DNA of 64,000 nt from Candidatus Latescibacterota bacterium (GCA_965208105.1 OZ242318.1:2720001-2784000); one strand, 5' to 3'. Positions 9,445-19,980 are shown, counted from the stretch's first letter. Translations and numbers: made by a program. The notes: a model not told the origin generated them from the sequence alone.

Positions 9445-9839
9445 AAAGGCAGGGCCTGGCCGGACTGGCATGGTGTATCCACCGCCTTCGTAGTTCGGTT
9501 ACATGGCCGGCCGACGGGTAGCCAGGAAATATGGTCATCCGAATCCCGGGAGAAAAACGGCCGGCAAAAACCGCTGACGCGCCCATTGCGCTTCATTTTT
9601 GCCCTGTCCTACTTGCCGCATGCGGCGGGATAAATCCAGGACCGCGGGCGCAATTTCCAGAGCTTGACAACTTCAACCTCGGCCGCGTCTTTTTGCTGGT
9701 GTCCGCGCCGATACCACCCTCTGTTCCGGTCGCCTGGGCGCTGGCCATTGCTCTTGTATGACGATCAGGTATCGAATATGACGATTGAGTGGCGCACAAG
9801 GGTCGGACGCCGCGGCTCTGCAACCCCGGGCTGGTCTGC

Positions 9840-10877
9840 ATGAAGTGGGTGTTGTGGATTGCGCTGCTCCTGGTCCTGGCGGTCCTGGCCGGACTGCCGA
9901 TCCGCATCCCCTACTCCATAGAGGCTCAGGGCAAGATCGTGCCGCAACGGGAGTGGACCCTGGTGCGCCAGCAGGAGGGCACCCTGGTGGCCACCCTGCG
10001 CAACAACCTGCGGGGAGCCGTGGAGCGCTACACAGTAATGGGATTCGACCGCGGGGACCGGGTGACTTTCCAGAAGAATCCGCTGGTGGTGGAAGGGGCC
10101 GCCATCGACCTGGGCGATACCCTGGGAGTCTATCGCTCCGAGGAGCTGCAGCGGCAGTGGATCCAGCTCAAAGGGGAGCTGGCCGACGAGCTGGCCCGGA
10201 CCGCGGTGGACGAGAGCGGCAGGAAGGAGCCCATCGTGTGGGCGGCTCGCATCGAGCTCGAGCGTAGTCGGACCCAACGAATTTGGCAAGAAAGGGAAGT
10301 CGATCGGCTCCGCAAGCTGTGGCAGCGCCAACTGATAAGCGACGCCGAACTGGATCAGGCGCGCAACGTCCTGGACCAGCAACGCCTGCAGGAAGAGTGG
10401 GCCGAGGCCCAGGTGCAGGTGGTCGAGAGCGGCTCGAAAGAGCAGGAGCTGGAGTGGCGGCGGAGCCGCATCCTGGCCATGCAGGAAGAGCTGGGCATTC
10501 TGGGCACGCGGCTCGAAAAAGCGGTGATCCGCGCTCCCATCGGCGGGCTGGTCTCCACCCTGGCCAGCGGAGACACCATCGCCGTGGTCTACGACACCAC
10601 CTCCTTCATCTCGCTGATGCCGGTGCCCTGGCAGGAGCGCGGCAACGTGGCGCGGCGGCAGCAGGTCGAGATTCCGCTGGCGGGCAAGGTGCTGCCGGCG
10701 ACGATCGTCCACCTGGGGCGGACGGCCCGCTCCGTCGGCGGCCAGCAGTACTTCGCCACCAAGGCCCTCATCAAGGGCGGCCGCGGCCTCCTGGCGCCCG
10801 GGCTGGTGGTCCCTTGCGCCATCGTCGCCGCGCCCCTGTCGCCGTGGCAATACCTCCTGCGTCTGCTCCGCTCCTGA
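9840..10877 (+). CDS. HlyD/membrane fusion protein-like periplasmic adaptor
   Basis: N-terminal TM anchor, coiled coil, LISDAELD, VIRAPIGGLV lipoyl-like half-motif. Confidence 0.7.
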   Translation: MKWVLWIALLLVLAVLAGLPIRIPYSIEAQGKIVPQREWTLVRQQEGTLVATLRNNLRGAVERYTVMGFDRGDRVTFQKNPLVVEGAAIDLGDTLGVYRSEELQRQWIQLKGELADELARTAVDESGRKEPIVWAARIELERSRTQRIWQEREVDRLRKLWQRQLISDAELDQARNVLDQQRLQEEWAEAQVQVVESGSKEQELEWRRSRILAMQEELGILGTRLEKAVIRAPIGGLVSTLASGDTIAVVYDTTSFISLMPVPWQERGNVARRQQVEIPLAGKVLPATIVHLGRTARSVGGQQYFATKALIKGGRGLLAPGLVVPCAIVAAPLSPWQYLLRLLRS

Positions 10878-10905
10878 GCCTGCTGGAGGACGCGGAGCCG
10901 GAGCC

Positions 10906-11730
10906 ATGACCCGCCTCGAATACAAATACCTGGTGCCGGAGGAAGCTCTGGCGGACGTGCGCCGCCGCATCTCACCCCACGTCGAACCCGACAGTCACGC
11001 CAGCACTGGGGAGGGCTACACCGTGCGCAGCGTCTACTTCGACACCGCCGACCTGGACTTCTACTACCAGAAGGAATCCGGCATTCAGCACCGACGCAAA
11101 CTCCGGGTCAGAGGCTACGGCGACGGGTCCGGCGACGCCCTGGTTTTCCTCGAAATCAAGCGCAAAAACGACATGTCCATCTCCAAGGCCAGGGCCCCGT
11201 TCTACTACCGCCACTGGCCTTCACTGTTCGCCAGCGGAGACCTCACTCGTTTCGTGCACAACCCGGGGGCCGACGCCCAGGTCCTGCGCGACGGCCACAG
11301 CTTCTTTTTCCACCTGCACCGCTACTCCCTGATGCCCACGGTGCTGGTGTGCTACGAGCGCGAAGCCTTCTTCGGCAAGTACAAACCGGGGCTGCGGGTG
11401 ACCCTGGACAAGAATCTGCGCAGCGCCCCGTACCCGGGTCTGCAGGACCTTTTCGCCAAAAACCACCAGAAACGCTCCCTGGAGGGACACTTCATCATCG
11501 AGGTGAAGTTCAACGAGGGCATGCCCGTCTGGCTGAAAAGCCTGCAGGAGCACCACCGCCTGCAGCGCCAGGCCCTGTCCAAGTACGTGATTGCTCTCGA
11601 CGAACAGGGCATACCGCGGCGCTCGGGAACATTCTCCACCTGGGCGCACCATCGCCACGGCAACGATGCGGGCAGCAGGAAAATCGGATCTTCTGCGACT
11701 GCCGGGCACCATTGGGGTGAGAGCGGATGA
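10906..11730 (+). CDS. VTC-domain (polyphosphate polymerase/CYTH-like) protein
   Basis: RLEYKY, VRSVYFDT, KLRVRGY, FLEIKRK, YEREAF, RVTLD, IIEVKF, LSKY. Confidence 0.9.
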   Translation: MTRLEYKYLVPEEALADVRRRISPHVEPDSHASTGEGYTVRSVYFDTADLDFYYQKESGIQHRRKLRVRGYGDGSGDALVFLEIKRKNDMSISKARAPFYYRHWPSLFASGDLTRFVHNPGADAQVLRDGHSFFFHLHRYSLMPTVLVCYEREAFFGKYKPGLRVTLDKNLRSAPYPGLQDLFAKNHQKRSLEGHFIIEVKFNEGMPVWLKSLQEHHRLQRQALSKYVIALDEQGIPRRSGTFSTWAHHRHGNDAGSRKIGSSATAGHHWGESG

Positions 11731-12407
11731 ACGGCTTCCCCGAATTCCAGTCCCTGCTTTCCTTCGATCTCACCCCGGGGCAGGTCGTACGCCATCTTGC
11801 GGTGGCTTTTCTCTGCGGGTTGCTGGTCTCCCGGTTCTACGCCTGGATCACCCGGCGCCCCGTCCACTCCCGCACCTTCACCAGCTCGCTGATCGCCCTG
11901 ACCATGGTCACCGCCATCGTCATCATGGTCATCGGCAACAACCTGGCGCGCGCCTTCGGCCTCGTGGGCGCCATGTCCATCATCCGCTTTCGCACCGCGG
12001 TCAAGGACATTCAGGACATCGTCTTCATCTTTTTCAGCCTGACCGTGGGCATGGCCGCGGGGGTGGGAATGTACGCCGTCGCTCTTCTCGGCAGCGGCCT
12101 CATCGGATCGATCATGCTCGGTCTGTCGCGGCTCGGCAGCTATGCCCAGCAAAAACGGGAGTACATGGTGCTCATGAGCTTCGAGCCCGACGGCAGCGAC
12201 GAGGCGCCCTACCTGCCTGTGCTCAAGGACCACTGCCGGCGCCATCAACTGGTGAACGTCAAATCGCAGGAGGAGAGCGACACCCTGGAACTGTCTTATT
12301 ACGTCCACCTGAAGGACGAGGACCGCAGCGACGATCTCATTCGGGAGCTGCGCGGTCTCCAGGGCATGAAGAACGCCAGCCTGTTTTTTGACGAAGAGTA
12401 CTACTGA
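11727..12407 (+). CDS. DUF4956 family membrane protein
   Basis: IGNNLARAFGLVGAMSIIRFRTAVKD...GMAAG; ATGA overlap with the VTC gene. Confidence 0.9.
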   Translation: MNGFPEFQSLLSFDLTPGQVVRHLAVAFLCGLLVSRFYAWITRRPVHSRTFTSSLIALTMVTAIVIMVIGNNLARAFGLVGAMSIIRFRTAVKDIQDIVFIFFSLTVGMAAGVGMYAVALLGSGLIGSIMLGLSRLGSYAQQKREYMVLMSFEPDGSDEAPYLPVLKDHCRRHQLVNVKSQEESDTLELSYYVHLKDEDRSDDLIRELRGLQGMKNASLFFDEEYY

Positions 12408-12556
12408 CGGTAAGTGCCGCAATCGAGAGGCCCCTGCGCTCCCGCATGCCGCCGCTTCGCCTGTCCCTTCCCGCGGAAATACCCTCCGAATGCTCCCGCC
12501 CCCTGGCTCTCCGCCGCACTCGGCCTCGCCTGCAGAACAACAATATCAACTGTCTG

Positions 12557-14245
12557 CTAGCGGACTACAACCAACTTGCGCGCCAGCGAACCCATCCCTG
12601 TCCGCAAGCGGTAGATGTAGACTCCCGAAGAAACCTCGGCGCCCTTCTCGTCGCGGCCGTACCAGCGCACCGTGTGCGTTCCCCTGGAATGGAACCCCTT
12701 GGCCAGGGTGGCGATTTTCTGGCCGGCCAGGTTGTAGAGGGACAGGTCCGCGCGAGCCTCCCGGGGCAGAGTGAAACGGATGGCGACGCTGCCGTTGAAG
12801 GGGTTGGGAAAGCCGGCGGACAAAGCGGGTAGAGCGGGATGGCCGGGGCTGGACGAGGAGACCGCCGTGTCGGGCCCGCGGACCAGCACCAGGTCCTCCG
12901 GGGCGATGTCGGCCACCCGGCGCGCCTGCTCGATGAAGTGGTCGTCGAGCCAGTCCAGGCGTTGTCCCAACCACTTTTTGAGATAGGCCACCTCCTCGGC
13001 GTGGGTGCGGCCAATGAAGTCGTTGGGCCAGACGTAGCGTCCCAGGATGGGCCAGCGCTCGAAGTTGCGCTCCTGGGCCTCCTGCAGAACCGCCGCCAGG
13101 CTGTCGATGTGGGAATCCAGTTCGTCCCCGCTCAAAACCCCTCTGCGGTGGGCATGCCAGCGATTCGCCAGGGTGTCGATGAAAGCCTCGTCCTGGAGCA
13201 GGCGGCGCCACCAGAACCAGAAGGGAGTTGAAATCCAGGTAGCCCCATTGGCGATTTGCAGGCGGTGGGTGGACGGCCGTTGCAGCTCCAGGCTGGGATG
13301 GACGTTGTAGTTGACGTTGCCCAGGGCAATGTTGAAATCCCACACCGGCCCCATGGTCAGCTTGCCTCCGGCGCTGTCCCTGTCCTTGTGCATGAAAAGG
13401 CTCAGGCGGTAGGCGTCGACGTTCTTGACTACTTCGTTGACGATGAGATAATCGGCAAAAGAGGCCAGGTCTAGATAGCGGCCATAGTCTCTCCGCGATC
13501 CTGCCAGGACCGCCTCCAAACTGTCGGTGTAGGCGCGAATATAGGCTTCCTGCTCGGGATTTATATTTTCCCCCGTGGGGTAGTAATACAGGTAAAAAAG
13601 GCGATTCCCCTTGAAGGCGTAGGCCGAGTACCATCCGGGGTCAACGCCTTCGATATAGCGGTCGACCCGGATGATATAGCCCCCGGTCACGTCGTCTCCG
13701 TCCACTTCGTCGGGGTCGAGGCGGGCGATGGCGACGCGGTCACCGTCGCGCTTGATTTTTTCAAGAAGCACATAGACGCCGAGATAGTCGCCGTCGATGA
13801 CCACTTCGCAGAAGCGGCTGCGGCTGGCATAGGCCCCCATCCGGCGCGCCATCCAGTACACAAGGGCGTTGCGAAGGAGTGATTTGTCGCTGTACGGTCC
13901 GTAGAGAATCCAGTCGTTTTCCTGGGGCAGCCCCAAAAGGGAGACGTTGCGGTTTTCGCCGTCAGCCTGCCGGGTTTCCAGCGCATAGGATTTCTTTGGG
14001 AAACTCTGGGTGCTGGCCCCCCTGACCTCAATGGCGATGGGTCCCTCGCCTCCGTCATAGGGGTCGCCCAGCCTGTTGCGCTGCCCCGGACCATTGTCGA
14101 TCACCCCCATCCAGGCGTCGATCTTGGGCTCGTCGGGAATGGACCGGCCGCCGGTGTCGATGACCACGATGGGCAGGTTGGAGGAGGTGAGGTCGGCCTC
14201 GGCGGCCGCGGGCAGGAGGACGATCAGCAAAAAGATCAAGGGCAT
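12557..14245 (-). CDS. Secreted CotH kinase family protein with FlgD-like C-terminal domain
   Basis: Signal peptide, IEVRGASTQSFPKKSY, ENDWIL..DKSLLRN, YLGVYVLLEKIK, MGPVWDFNIALGN, C-terminal FPNPFN...GVYIYRL. Confidence 0.88.
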   Translation of the reverse strand: MPLIFLLIVLLPAAAEADLTSSNLPIVVIDTGGRSIPDEPKIDAWMGVIDNGPGQRNRLGDPYDGGEGPIAIEVRGASTQSFPKKSYALETRQADGENRNVSLLGLPQENDWILYGPYSDKSLLRNALVYWMARRMGAYASRSRFCEVVIDGDYLGVYVLLEKIKRDGDRVAIARLDPDEVDGDDVTGGYIIRVDRYIEGVDPGWYSAYAFKGNRLFYLYYYPTGENINPEQEAYIRAYTDSLEAVLAGSRRDYGRYLDLASFADYLIVNEVVKNVDAYRLSLFMHKDRDSAGGKLTMGPVWDFNIALGNVNYNVHPSLELQRPSTHRLQIANGATWISTPFWFWWRRLLQDEAFIDTLANRWHAHRRGVLSGDELDSHIDSLAAVLQEAQERNFERWPILGRYVWPNDFIGRTHAEEVAYLKKWLGQRLDWLDDHFIEQARRVADIAPEDLVLVRGPDTAVSSSSPGHPALPALSAGFPNPFNGSVAIRFTLPREARADLSLYNLAGQKIATLAKGFHSRGTHTVRWYGRDEKGAEVSSGVYIYRLRTGMGSLARKLVVVR

Positions 14246-14264
14246 GGGACCCGGGGCATTCTCC

Positions 14265-17200
14265 TTACTTCACCAGCACCATTTTGCGCGTCTGCTGCAG
14301 CCTGCGGTGGCTCCCGTGGTCGAGGCGGAGCCGATAGAAGTAGACGCCGCCAGGCCAATGGGAAGCGTTCAGGACAAAGCGGTGGAATCCGGCTCCCTGT
14401 GGCGTGTTCTCGTGCAGATCGGCCACTCTCTGGCCCAGCAGGTTGAAGACGCTCAGGCTGACCCGGCCTGCGCGGGGCAAGATGTATTCGATGCGGGTGC
14501 TGGGATTGAAGGGATTGGGATAGTTCTGCTCCAGCACAAAGCGGCACGGCAGCCCGGGGCCGGCGGCCGGCTCGAGTACCGAATTTGCCGCCACGATGAC
14601 GGTGGAATCTGCCCGCCCCAGGGGCACCCCGCCCACGCCGGCGCTGAAGCCGGGGGAATCGGGCAGCAGGAAATAGCGGGCGTCGAAGCGGGGGATCCCC
14701 GCGATGTTGCCGTCGCGCCCGTCGAACTCGGGATCGTTGGTGAGCGAATGGGAAATATCCAAGGCCCCCTCCAGGGGGCCGTCGATAAGGTGGACGAAGT
14801 TGAGAACATTGTCCCCGTTGCCGTAGAGCACGCTGTTGGTCACGGTCATTTTGTCGCGATAGGTCCATCCGTCCCAGTTATAATCGTCGCCGATGCGTAG
14901 TCCCACGTTGTTGCCCACGGCCACCGAGTGGTCGATGAATACGTGCGGGCCGTCGTCGTACTCGTATTCGGTGTATCCGGCTTCGAAGCCCTGGTCGTTG
15001 TTGAGGGCAACGGTGTTGAAAATCCGCAAGGTATCGCCACCGGAGGCGGCAATGCCCTCGTGGGCAAAGTCCTCGATCCAGCAGTTGGACACCTGCAGGC
15101 GGGCGCCGTGGTGGTCGATGCCGTCGTCCTTGCCGGTGACGAAGTAGCAGTTGTCGATCACCGAGTAGCGGGGGAAGCGGGCGTTGACGTAGTCGACGTG
15201 CAACCCGTCCGTGTCGATGTCCTCCTCGTAGATCCCGTCGTCGTTGGGCAGGTTCATGAAGTGGCTGTCGCGGTAGGACAGGAGAGTGAGGACGAATTCG
15301 CCACCGTGGTGGACGAAGGAGGAGACGGAGTTGGAAATGGAGGCCACGGAGTTGGAGCAGCCGAAGACCTTGCCCGGCGAGTTGAGGAAGAAGCACTGGT
15401 CGAACTCGAAGGTGGAATTGAGCTTGCCGAAAAAGATGTGCTGACGGCCGGTGTGCCACATTCCACGGGTATGGTCGCCGCCGCCGTTGAGCACCATGCA
15501 GTAGCGGAAGTCGGCCTCCGCTCCGGTGAACTCCATGCCTCCCCAGGGCTCGGGCCAGTCGGCGGAGGTGAGGACCACCGGCGCCGCGGCAGTGCCTCTG
15601 GCAGAGACCCGGCCGCGGACGAAGAAGTTGACCCGCGCTCCCACGGCCACCCAGGCGCCCGCCTCCAGAATCAGGTGGGTGTTATCAGGCACGGTGATAT
15701 CGCCGGTGACCAGGTGGTCGGCCCCCGCGTCCCAGACCACCTCTCCGACGGGCAGTCTGCCGGCGTGAACCTTCACCGGACGCGCGGAGACGGCGATATC
15801 CCTGGAGGCGGAGGCCACTGCTTCGTTTCCCACCTCCAGTACGAAACCCCTTTCTGCCATCAGTCCCACGCCGGTGCCGGCGCCGCGCTTGATGGCGATG
15901 GCGGTATCTGCCCTTACCCCGGAAAAACGCACCTGCATGGGGCTTTGCTCGGTGGGCTCAATGCCTCCGTCCGGGCCGCGCAGGCGCACCACATAGGGAA
16001 ATTGCCGGCCGGCGGGGACGCTTTGCGGAGCAACGAGTTCCGCGCTGATGCCGGCCGCCACCGCGGGAAGGAAAAGGGCCTTCACCTTCAGGTCTGCCGC
16101 CGGGGTCAAGGTGATGGCGGGCTGGTCCGGCAACTGTGGGTCGGACCAGCCGGCGAAGCGGTGGCCCGGCGCCGGCCGTGCCTGCAACGGCAGGGGGACC
16201 TGGAGAAAGTAGGTCCCCGACCAGGGATAGGCGCTGGGTACGACCGTGTTCACCTGCACCTCTCCGGGGCCTTCCACTTCCACGGTCAACAGGGCTTGTC
16301 CGTCGAGCTCGAAGAATTCCTCCATTTGGCGACGCACCACGACAGGCCGACGGTGGACGAAGTCCTCCATGAGCCCCACGTTTCGTTCCCAGGTTGCCAC
16401 GCTGCTGTCCCAGCGCTCGACCTCCGCGGGAATTTCCGCGGCTATGGTCTGCGCCAGCGAATCGATCAAGACTTGCACCTGGGGTCCGGAAAAGGTCGTG
16501 TTGAATAGGTCGGCAAAGCGGTTGATGAACCTGGTCCGGAAGGACTGGTTGGCCAGCAGCCTCTTCGTGAGCAGGCGGTCCAACTCGCGGTTGAGAGGAT
16601 TGAACAGGGTGGTGAAGCCGTTCCAGTCGGCATTGTCGAATGTCCGGTCCGCGTCCCAAATAGTCCACTGCCACGGGCGGTCCGGATCCTTTTCCCTGAA
16701 GGCGTACACCCCGTAGGCCCAATTGCGGTAGTGGATGGCGTGGACGAGGGCCTGCAGGTCGATGAAATTGTCCAGATCGAGGTAGCAGCTGGCCGATGCC
16801 AGCAGATCATCGTCCACCAGGCTGTGGTCGGCGAAAAACCGCAGCATTGCGTCCCATTTGTCCTTGTCGCCGTGGACCAGTTCGGTCGAGTCCCAGCGGG
16901 TGCGCACCAGGTCGATGGCCTCGTAGCCCAGATGGTCCTGGACGAAATCCTCGTCCACGTTCTGCTTGAGGTCGTAAATTCCCGTGAACTCCGCGTTGAG
17001 GTAGAGCACGGCAAAACGGCTCCGCGGAGTCAGGCCGCCGGTCCGGGACCACAGCTCTGAGGCCAGCGGATCGTGCAGCAGGGTCCCCCCGCGGTTGGTG
17101 AATCTCTCGGTGGGCTCCAGGCTGTCGTCGTAGCCCGAGCGCAGAACCAGGCGGTTGAACCGGGTTACCCAGTCCCCGGGATGTAGAGGGTACTCCAGGT

Positions 17201-18200
17201 CGTCGGCCCCGTAACCGCCGCGAAAATAGGCGCGGAAGGATTTCTTGCGGTATTCCCTGGGCCCGGTGTTGCCCTGCAGGCGGAGACCGGCCGGCACCTG
17301 GAAACCGAGTCCTCCTTCCTCGAAAAAGGCCAGTTCGACAAAGCGCTCCCAGGCCCGTCCGGGCCGGTCGTTCACCAGGATTCCGCGTTCGGGGTCGTGC
17401 AGATTGGCCGGATCGGTGAGAACGGCCATGACCGGCAGGGCGTGCTCGGCGCCGACAAGGAATATCCGCGCCACCACGGTGCTGGGCAGGGCCCCGGCGG
17501 CAAAGGAACGTGCCTTGAAAACCACCGTCCGGGTTATGGAGACCGGTCCGCTGTAGAGGGGAGAAGAGGCGGTGGGATCGGAGCCGTCCAGGGTATAGCG
17601 CACTTGATCGCCGGAGTCTGCCGGCTGCGCCGAGACCGCCGCTGCATCGTCGAACATGCCGCTGGCCGGGGCTATTGCGGGGGGACGCACAAAAGTGCTG
17701 AAGCCACGGCTGTTCGCCGCCCCGGGAGTGGGCTCGGGCATGTAGCCCCGGGAGATATCATTGGAAGGACGGCCATAGGAGACATCCCGCAGTTGCTGCG
17801 GAAAAGAGAGGCTGTCCACCAGGCTCGTCCCGTCAGCGGCGATGAGGACGACCTGCTCGCCGTCTTTGCTGAGGCGAAAGGGGAGATGGTCGGCTCCGGC
17901 CTCGGGCTCGCCGTCGGCGTAGAGCAGGCGGTAACCCCCCGCCGGTACGGTGGTGCGGTGGGCCTGGCCCGCGGGGATCTGCCAGAGGGCTTTGTCGGGC
18001 CAGTCGTCGACAATGAAGTATCCGGCCAGATCCACCTCGGCCTCGCCGCGGTTGTGGATCTCGATCCAATCCTCGTATTGGCCGCGGGGGCCGGCGTGAG
18101 CGGTCACGTTCGAAGCCATGATCTCGTTGAGGGACAGGCTCGACCGGGCCGCACCGGGAAGCAGCAGGAAGAACAGGATGAAGGTGTTTCGCCCGTACAT
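14265..18200 (-). CDS. Large secreted protein: lamin-tail domain, Fn3-associated domain, CotH kinase, beta-helix, FlgD-like CTD
   Basis: LNEIMASN...DWIEIHN (LTD), RYTLDGSDPT, GLRLQGN...KKSFR (CotH), WTIWDAD, DTDG/DDGID beta-helix repeats, QNYPNPFNPST. Confidence 0.85.
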   Translation of the reverse strand: MYGRNTFILFFLLLPGAARSSLSLNEIMASNVTAHAGPRGQYEDWIEIHNRGEAEVDLAGYFIVDDWPDKALWQIPAGQAHRTTVPAGGYRLLYADGEPEAGADHLPFRLSKDGEQVVLIAADGTSLVDSLSFPQQLRDVSYGRPSNDISRGYMPEPTPGAANSRGFSTFVRPPAIAPASGMFDDAAAVSAQPADSGDQVRYTLDGSDPTASSPLYSGPVSITRTVVFKARSFAAGALPSTVVARIFLVGAEHALPVMAVLTDPANLHDPERGILVNDRPGRAWERFVELAFFEEGGLGFQVPAGLRLQGNTGPREYRKKSFRAYFRGGYGADDLEYPLHPGDWVTRFNRLVLRSGYDDSLEPTERFTNRGGTLLHDPLASELWSRTGGLTPRSRFAVLYLNAEFTGIYDLKQNVDEDFVQDHLGYEAIDLVRTRWDSTELVHGDKDKWDAMLRFFADHSLVDDDLLASASCYLDLDNFIDLQALVHAIHYRNWAYGVYAFREKDPDRPWQWTIWDADRTFDNADWNGFTTLFNPLNRELDRLLTKRLLANQSFRTRFINRFADLFNTTFSGPQVQVLIDSLAQTIAAEIPAEVERWDSSVATWERNVGLMEDFVHRRPVVVRRQMEEFFELDGQALLTVEVEGPGEVQVNTVVPSAYPWSGTYFLQVPLPLQARPAPGHRFAGWSDPQLPDQPAITLTPAADLKVKALFLPAVAAGISAELVAPQSVPAGRQFPYVVRLRGPDGGIEPTEQSPMQVRFSGVRADTAIAIKRGAGTGVGLMAERGFVLEVGNEAVASASRDIAVSARPVKVHAGRLPVGEVVWDAGADHLVTGDITVPDNTHLILEAGAWVAVGARVNFFVRGRVSARGTAAAPVVLTSADWPEPWGGMEFTGAEADFRYCMVLNGGGDHTRGMWHTGRQHIFFGKLNSTFEFDQCFFLNSPGKVFGCSNSVASISNSVSSFVHHGGEFVLTLLSYRDSHFMNLPNDDGIYEEDIDTDGLHVDYVNARFPRYSVIDNCYFVTGKDDGIDHHGARLQVSNCWIEDFAHEGIAASGGDTLRIFNTVALNNDQGFEAGYTEYEYDDGPHVFIDHSVAVGNNVGLRIGDDYNWDGWTYRDKMTVTNSVLYGNGDNVLNFVHLIDGPLEGALDISHSLTNDPEFDGRDGNIAGIPRFDARYFLLPDSPGFSAGVGGVPLGRADSTVIVAANSVLEPAAGPGLPCRFVLEQNYPNPFNPSTRIEYILPRAGRVSLSVFNLLGQRVADLHENTPQGAGFHRFVLNASHWPGGVYFYRLRLDHGSHRRLQQTRKMVLVK

Positions 18201-18399
18201 TTTGGCCTGGACTTCGAAGCGGCAGCCGCTTCCCGGCGGAAATTTCAGGACCGCTTTTCAGGGAGAAAAGGAGATTTTTCGTACTTCGAGTGAAGCGGGC
18301 ACAGCTCTTCCCGCCGGAGTGGCGGCTCACCTTCGAACAACTGCCACGAACCTAGCAACAACAAACATGGCAGTCAAGAAAGGAAGCACATGGCATGGC

Positions 18400-18489
18400 T
18401 CATAACGTCTTGCCGATTTGCCAACCGCCAAGCGGTTGCTGAAGGCCAAGGCGCGATCGGCGCCGCAGCGCAACCCCGATGTGTTACAT
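18400..18489 (-). repeat. attC site A (distal)
   Basis: + strand TCATAAC...aaccgccaagcggtt...GTTACAT. Confidence 0.8.
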
Positions 18490-18509
18490 GATATGCTCAA
18501 CCAATTCAA

Positions 18510-18860
18510 TCAATTGTCTTCATCTACGGCGAGATCTACAAGGAGTTCCAACTCTGTCGTCGATCCACGCACCCAGGTATCCTTCTTGAACTGTTGATGA
18601 AAGGCATCAATCTCATGCTTTGACTGCTTGACCACATGGCGGGCGCGCTGCAGGTCTTCGGACCGCATGTACGAGAGGAGATATACCTCGTCATTTAACG
18701 TCAGCAAGAACCAGGATTCGACTTTCACTCCTTCTTCGCGTAATGTAGCCAACGCTTCGTCCTTGCGCTCGTTTATGGTGCTTGCCCATGCTACCACCCC
18801 ATCCTCAGAATTCTCCTTAAGCCTTCTCAATGTTGCCTTTACGTCCACGTCAACCTCCAT
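18510..18860 (-). CDS. Cassette 1: DUF6176-like protein
   Basis: Single ORF between attC A and B; EALATLREEGVKVESWFL...HEIDAFHQQFKK pattern recalled from DUF6176. Confidence 0.6.
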   Translation of the reverse strand: MEVDVDVKATLRRLKENSEDGVVAWASTINERKDEALATLREEGVKVESWFLLTLNDEVYLLSYMRSEDLQRARHVVKQSKHEIDAFHQQFKKDTWVRGSTTELELLVDLAVDEDN

Positions 18861-18874
18861 GTTTTCGGCATTTC

Positions 18875-18970
18875 AAGTAACGTTCCCGCCGCTTGTGAAG
18901 CTGCCGGAGCGAAGCGGAGGCAGTTTGGTCCGGAGTGCCGCAGGCACGGAGCACAAGCGGCGTGTTACAC
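18875..18970 (-). repeat. attC site B
   Basis: AAGTAAC..cgccgcttgtg...cacaagcggcg..GTTACAC (perfect 11-bp inner stem). Confidence 0.88.
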
Positions 18971-19085
18971 GTTGCCGTGGCCGGGGGAGGGAAGGTTCTG
19001 CCCAAACAGTAAGGGCGCTGCCTCTATCAAAACAAGAAGACTTCCATAGAGATTCTTGCCAAATGAGCCATTCAGCGGGCACCTT

Positions 19086-19980
19086 TTATCCTATCTGCTG
19101 ACGCACTGCAGAGATGATGTTTTTCATCAACATGACGTTGGTCATTGGGCCAGTGCCTCCAGGTACGGGAGTGATCATGCCTGCAACCTGCACAGCCTCA
19201 TCGAAGTCCACATCGCCGCACATCTGACCGTCCACGAAATTGACACCGAAATCGATCACCACTGCGCCAGACTTGATCCACCCACCCTTGATCATCCTGG
19301 CTTGACCTACGGCCGCACACAGGATATCGGCCGTGCTGCACACCGTAGCCAGGTCCTCAGTACGTGAATGGCATATTGTCACTGTGGCGTTTTCTCTTAA
19401 AAGCAGAAGAGCCATCGGCTTGCCCACGATGTTCGAGCGACCTACAACTACCACCAGCTTACCTTGGAGTTCCACATCGTACCGCTTAAGGATCTCTAAC
19501 CCTCCGGCGGGCGTGGCCGGTACAATAAATGGTCCGACCATAGGTGGCCGACCCACAGGCGCCACTTGGGCCAGTCCTCCAGTGTTCTCTGGATGCACAC
19601 CGTCTACGTCCTTGCCTGGAGACAACGCATCTTTGACAGCTGCCTCGTCGATTCCCTTGGGCAGGGGCTCTTGAATCAAAATGCCATGTACGGCCGGGTC
19701 GGTGTTTAACTTGGCAACCACGGTCACAATGTCATCTTGGGTAGAAGTATCTGGTAAGGCGTGGAGTTGGAAACCCAATCCTTGATTGCCAAAAGACTTC
19801 CCCAGAACATTGGCATAGCTGACCGAGGGCATAGCTGACCGAGGCCCGATCCTCCCCGGCACGCAAGACCGCCAGCGTTGGCTTATCTCCGTGCTGCTCT
19901 GCGAAGGCGGAAACCTCCGCTTCGATCTCCCTACGCATTGATTTTGCCAGCTTGCGGCCATCCAGGATCTTTGCAGCCAT
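19086..19980 (-). pseudogene. folD: Cassette 2: bifunctional methylene-THF dehydrogenase/cyclohydrolase, frameshifted by a 16-bp tandem duplication
   Basis: MAAKILDGRKLA...ASVSYA in one frame, then VHGILIQEPLP, KDVDG, VGRSNIVGKP, ITPVPGGTGPMT in another; ggcatagctgaccgag repeated at 19812-19827 and 19828-19843. Confidence 0.88.
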
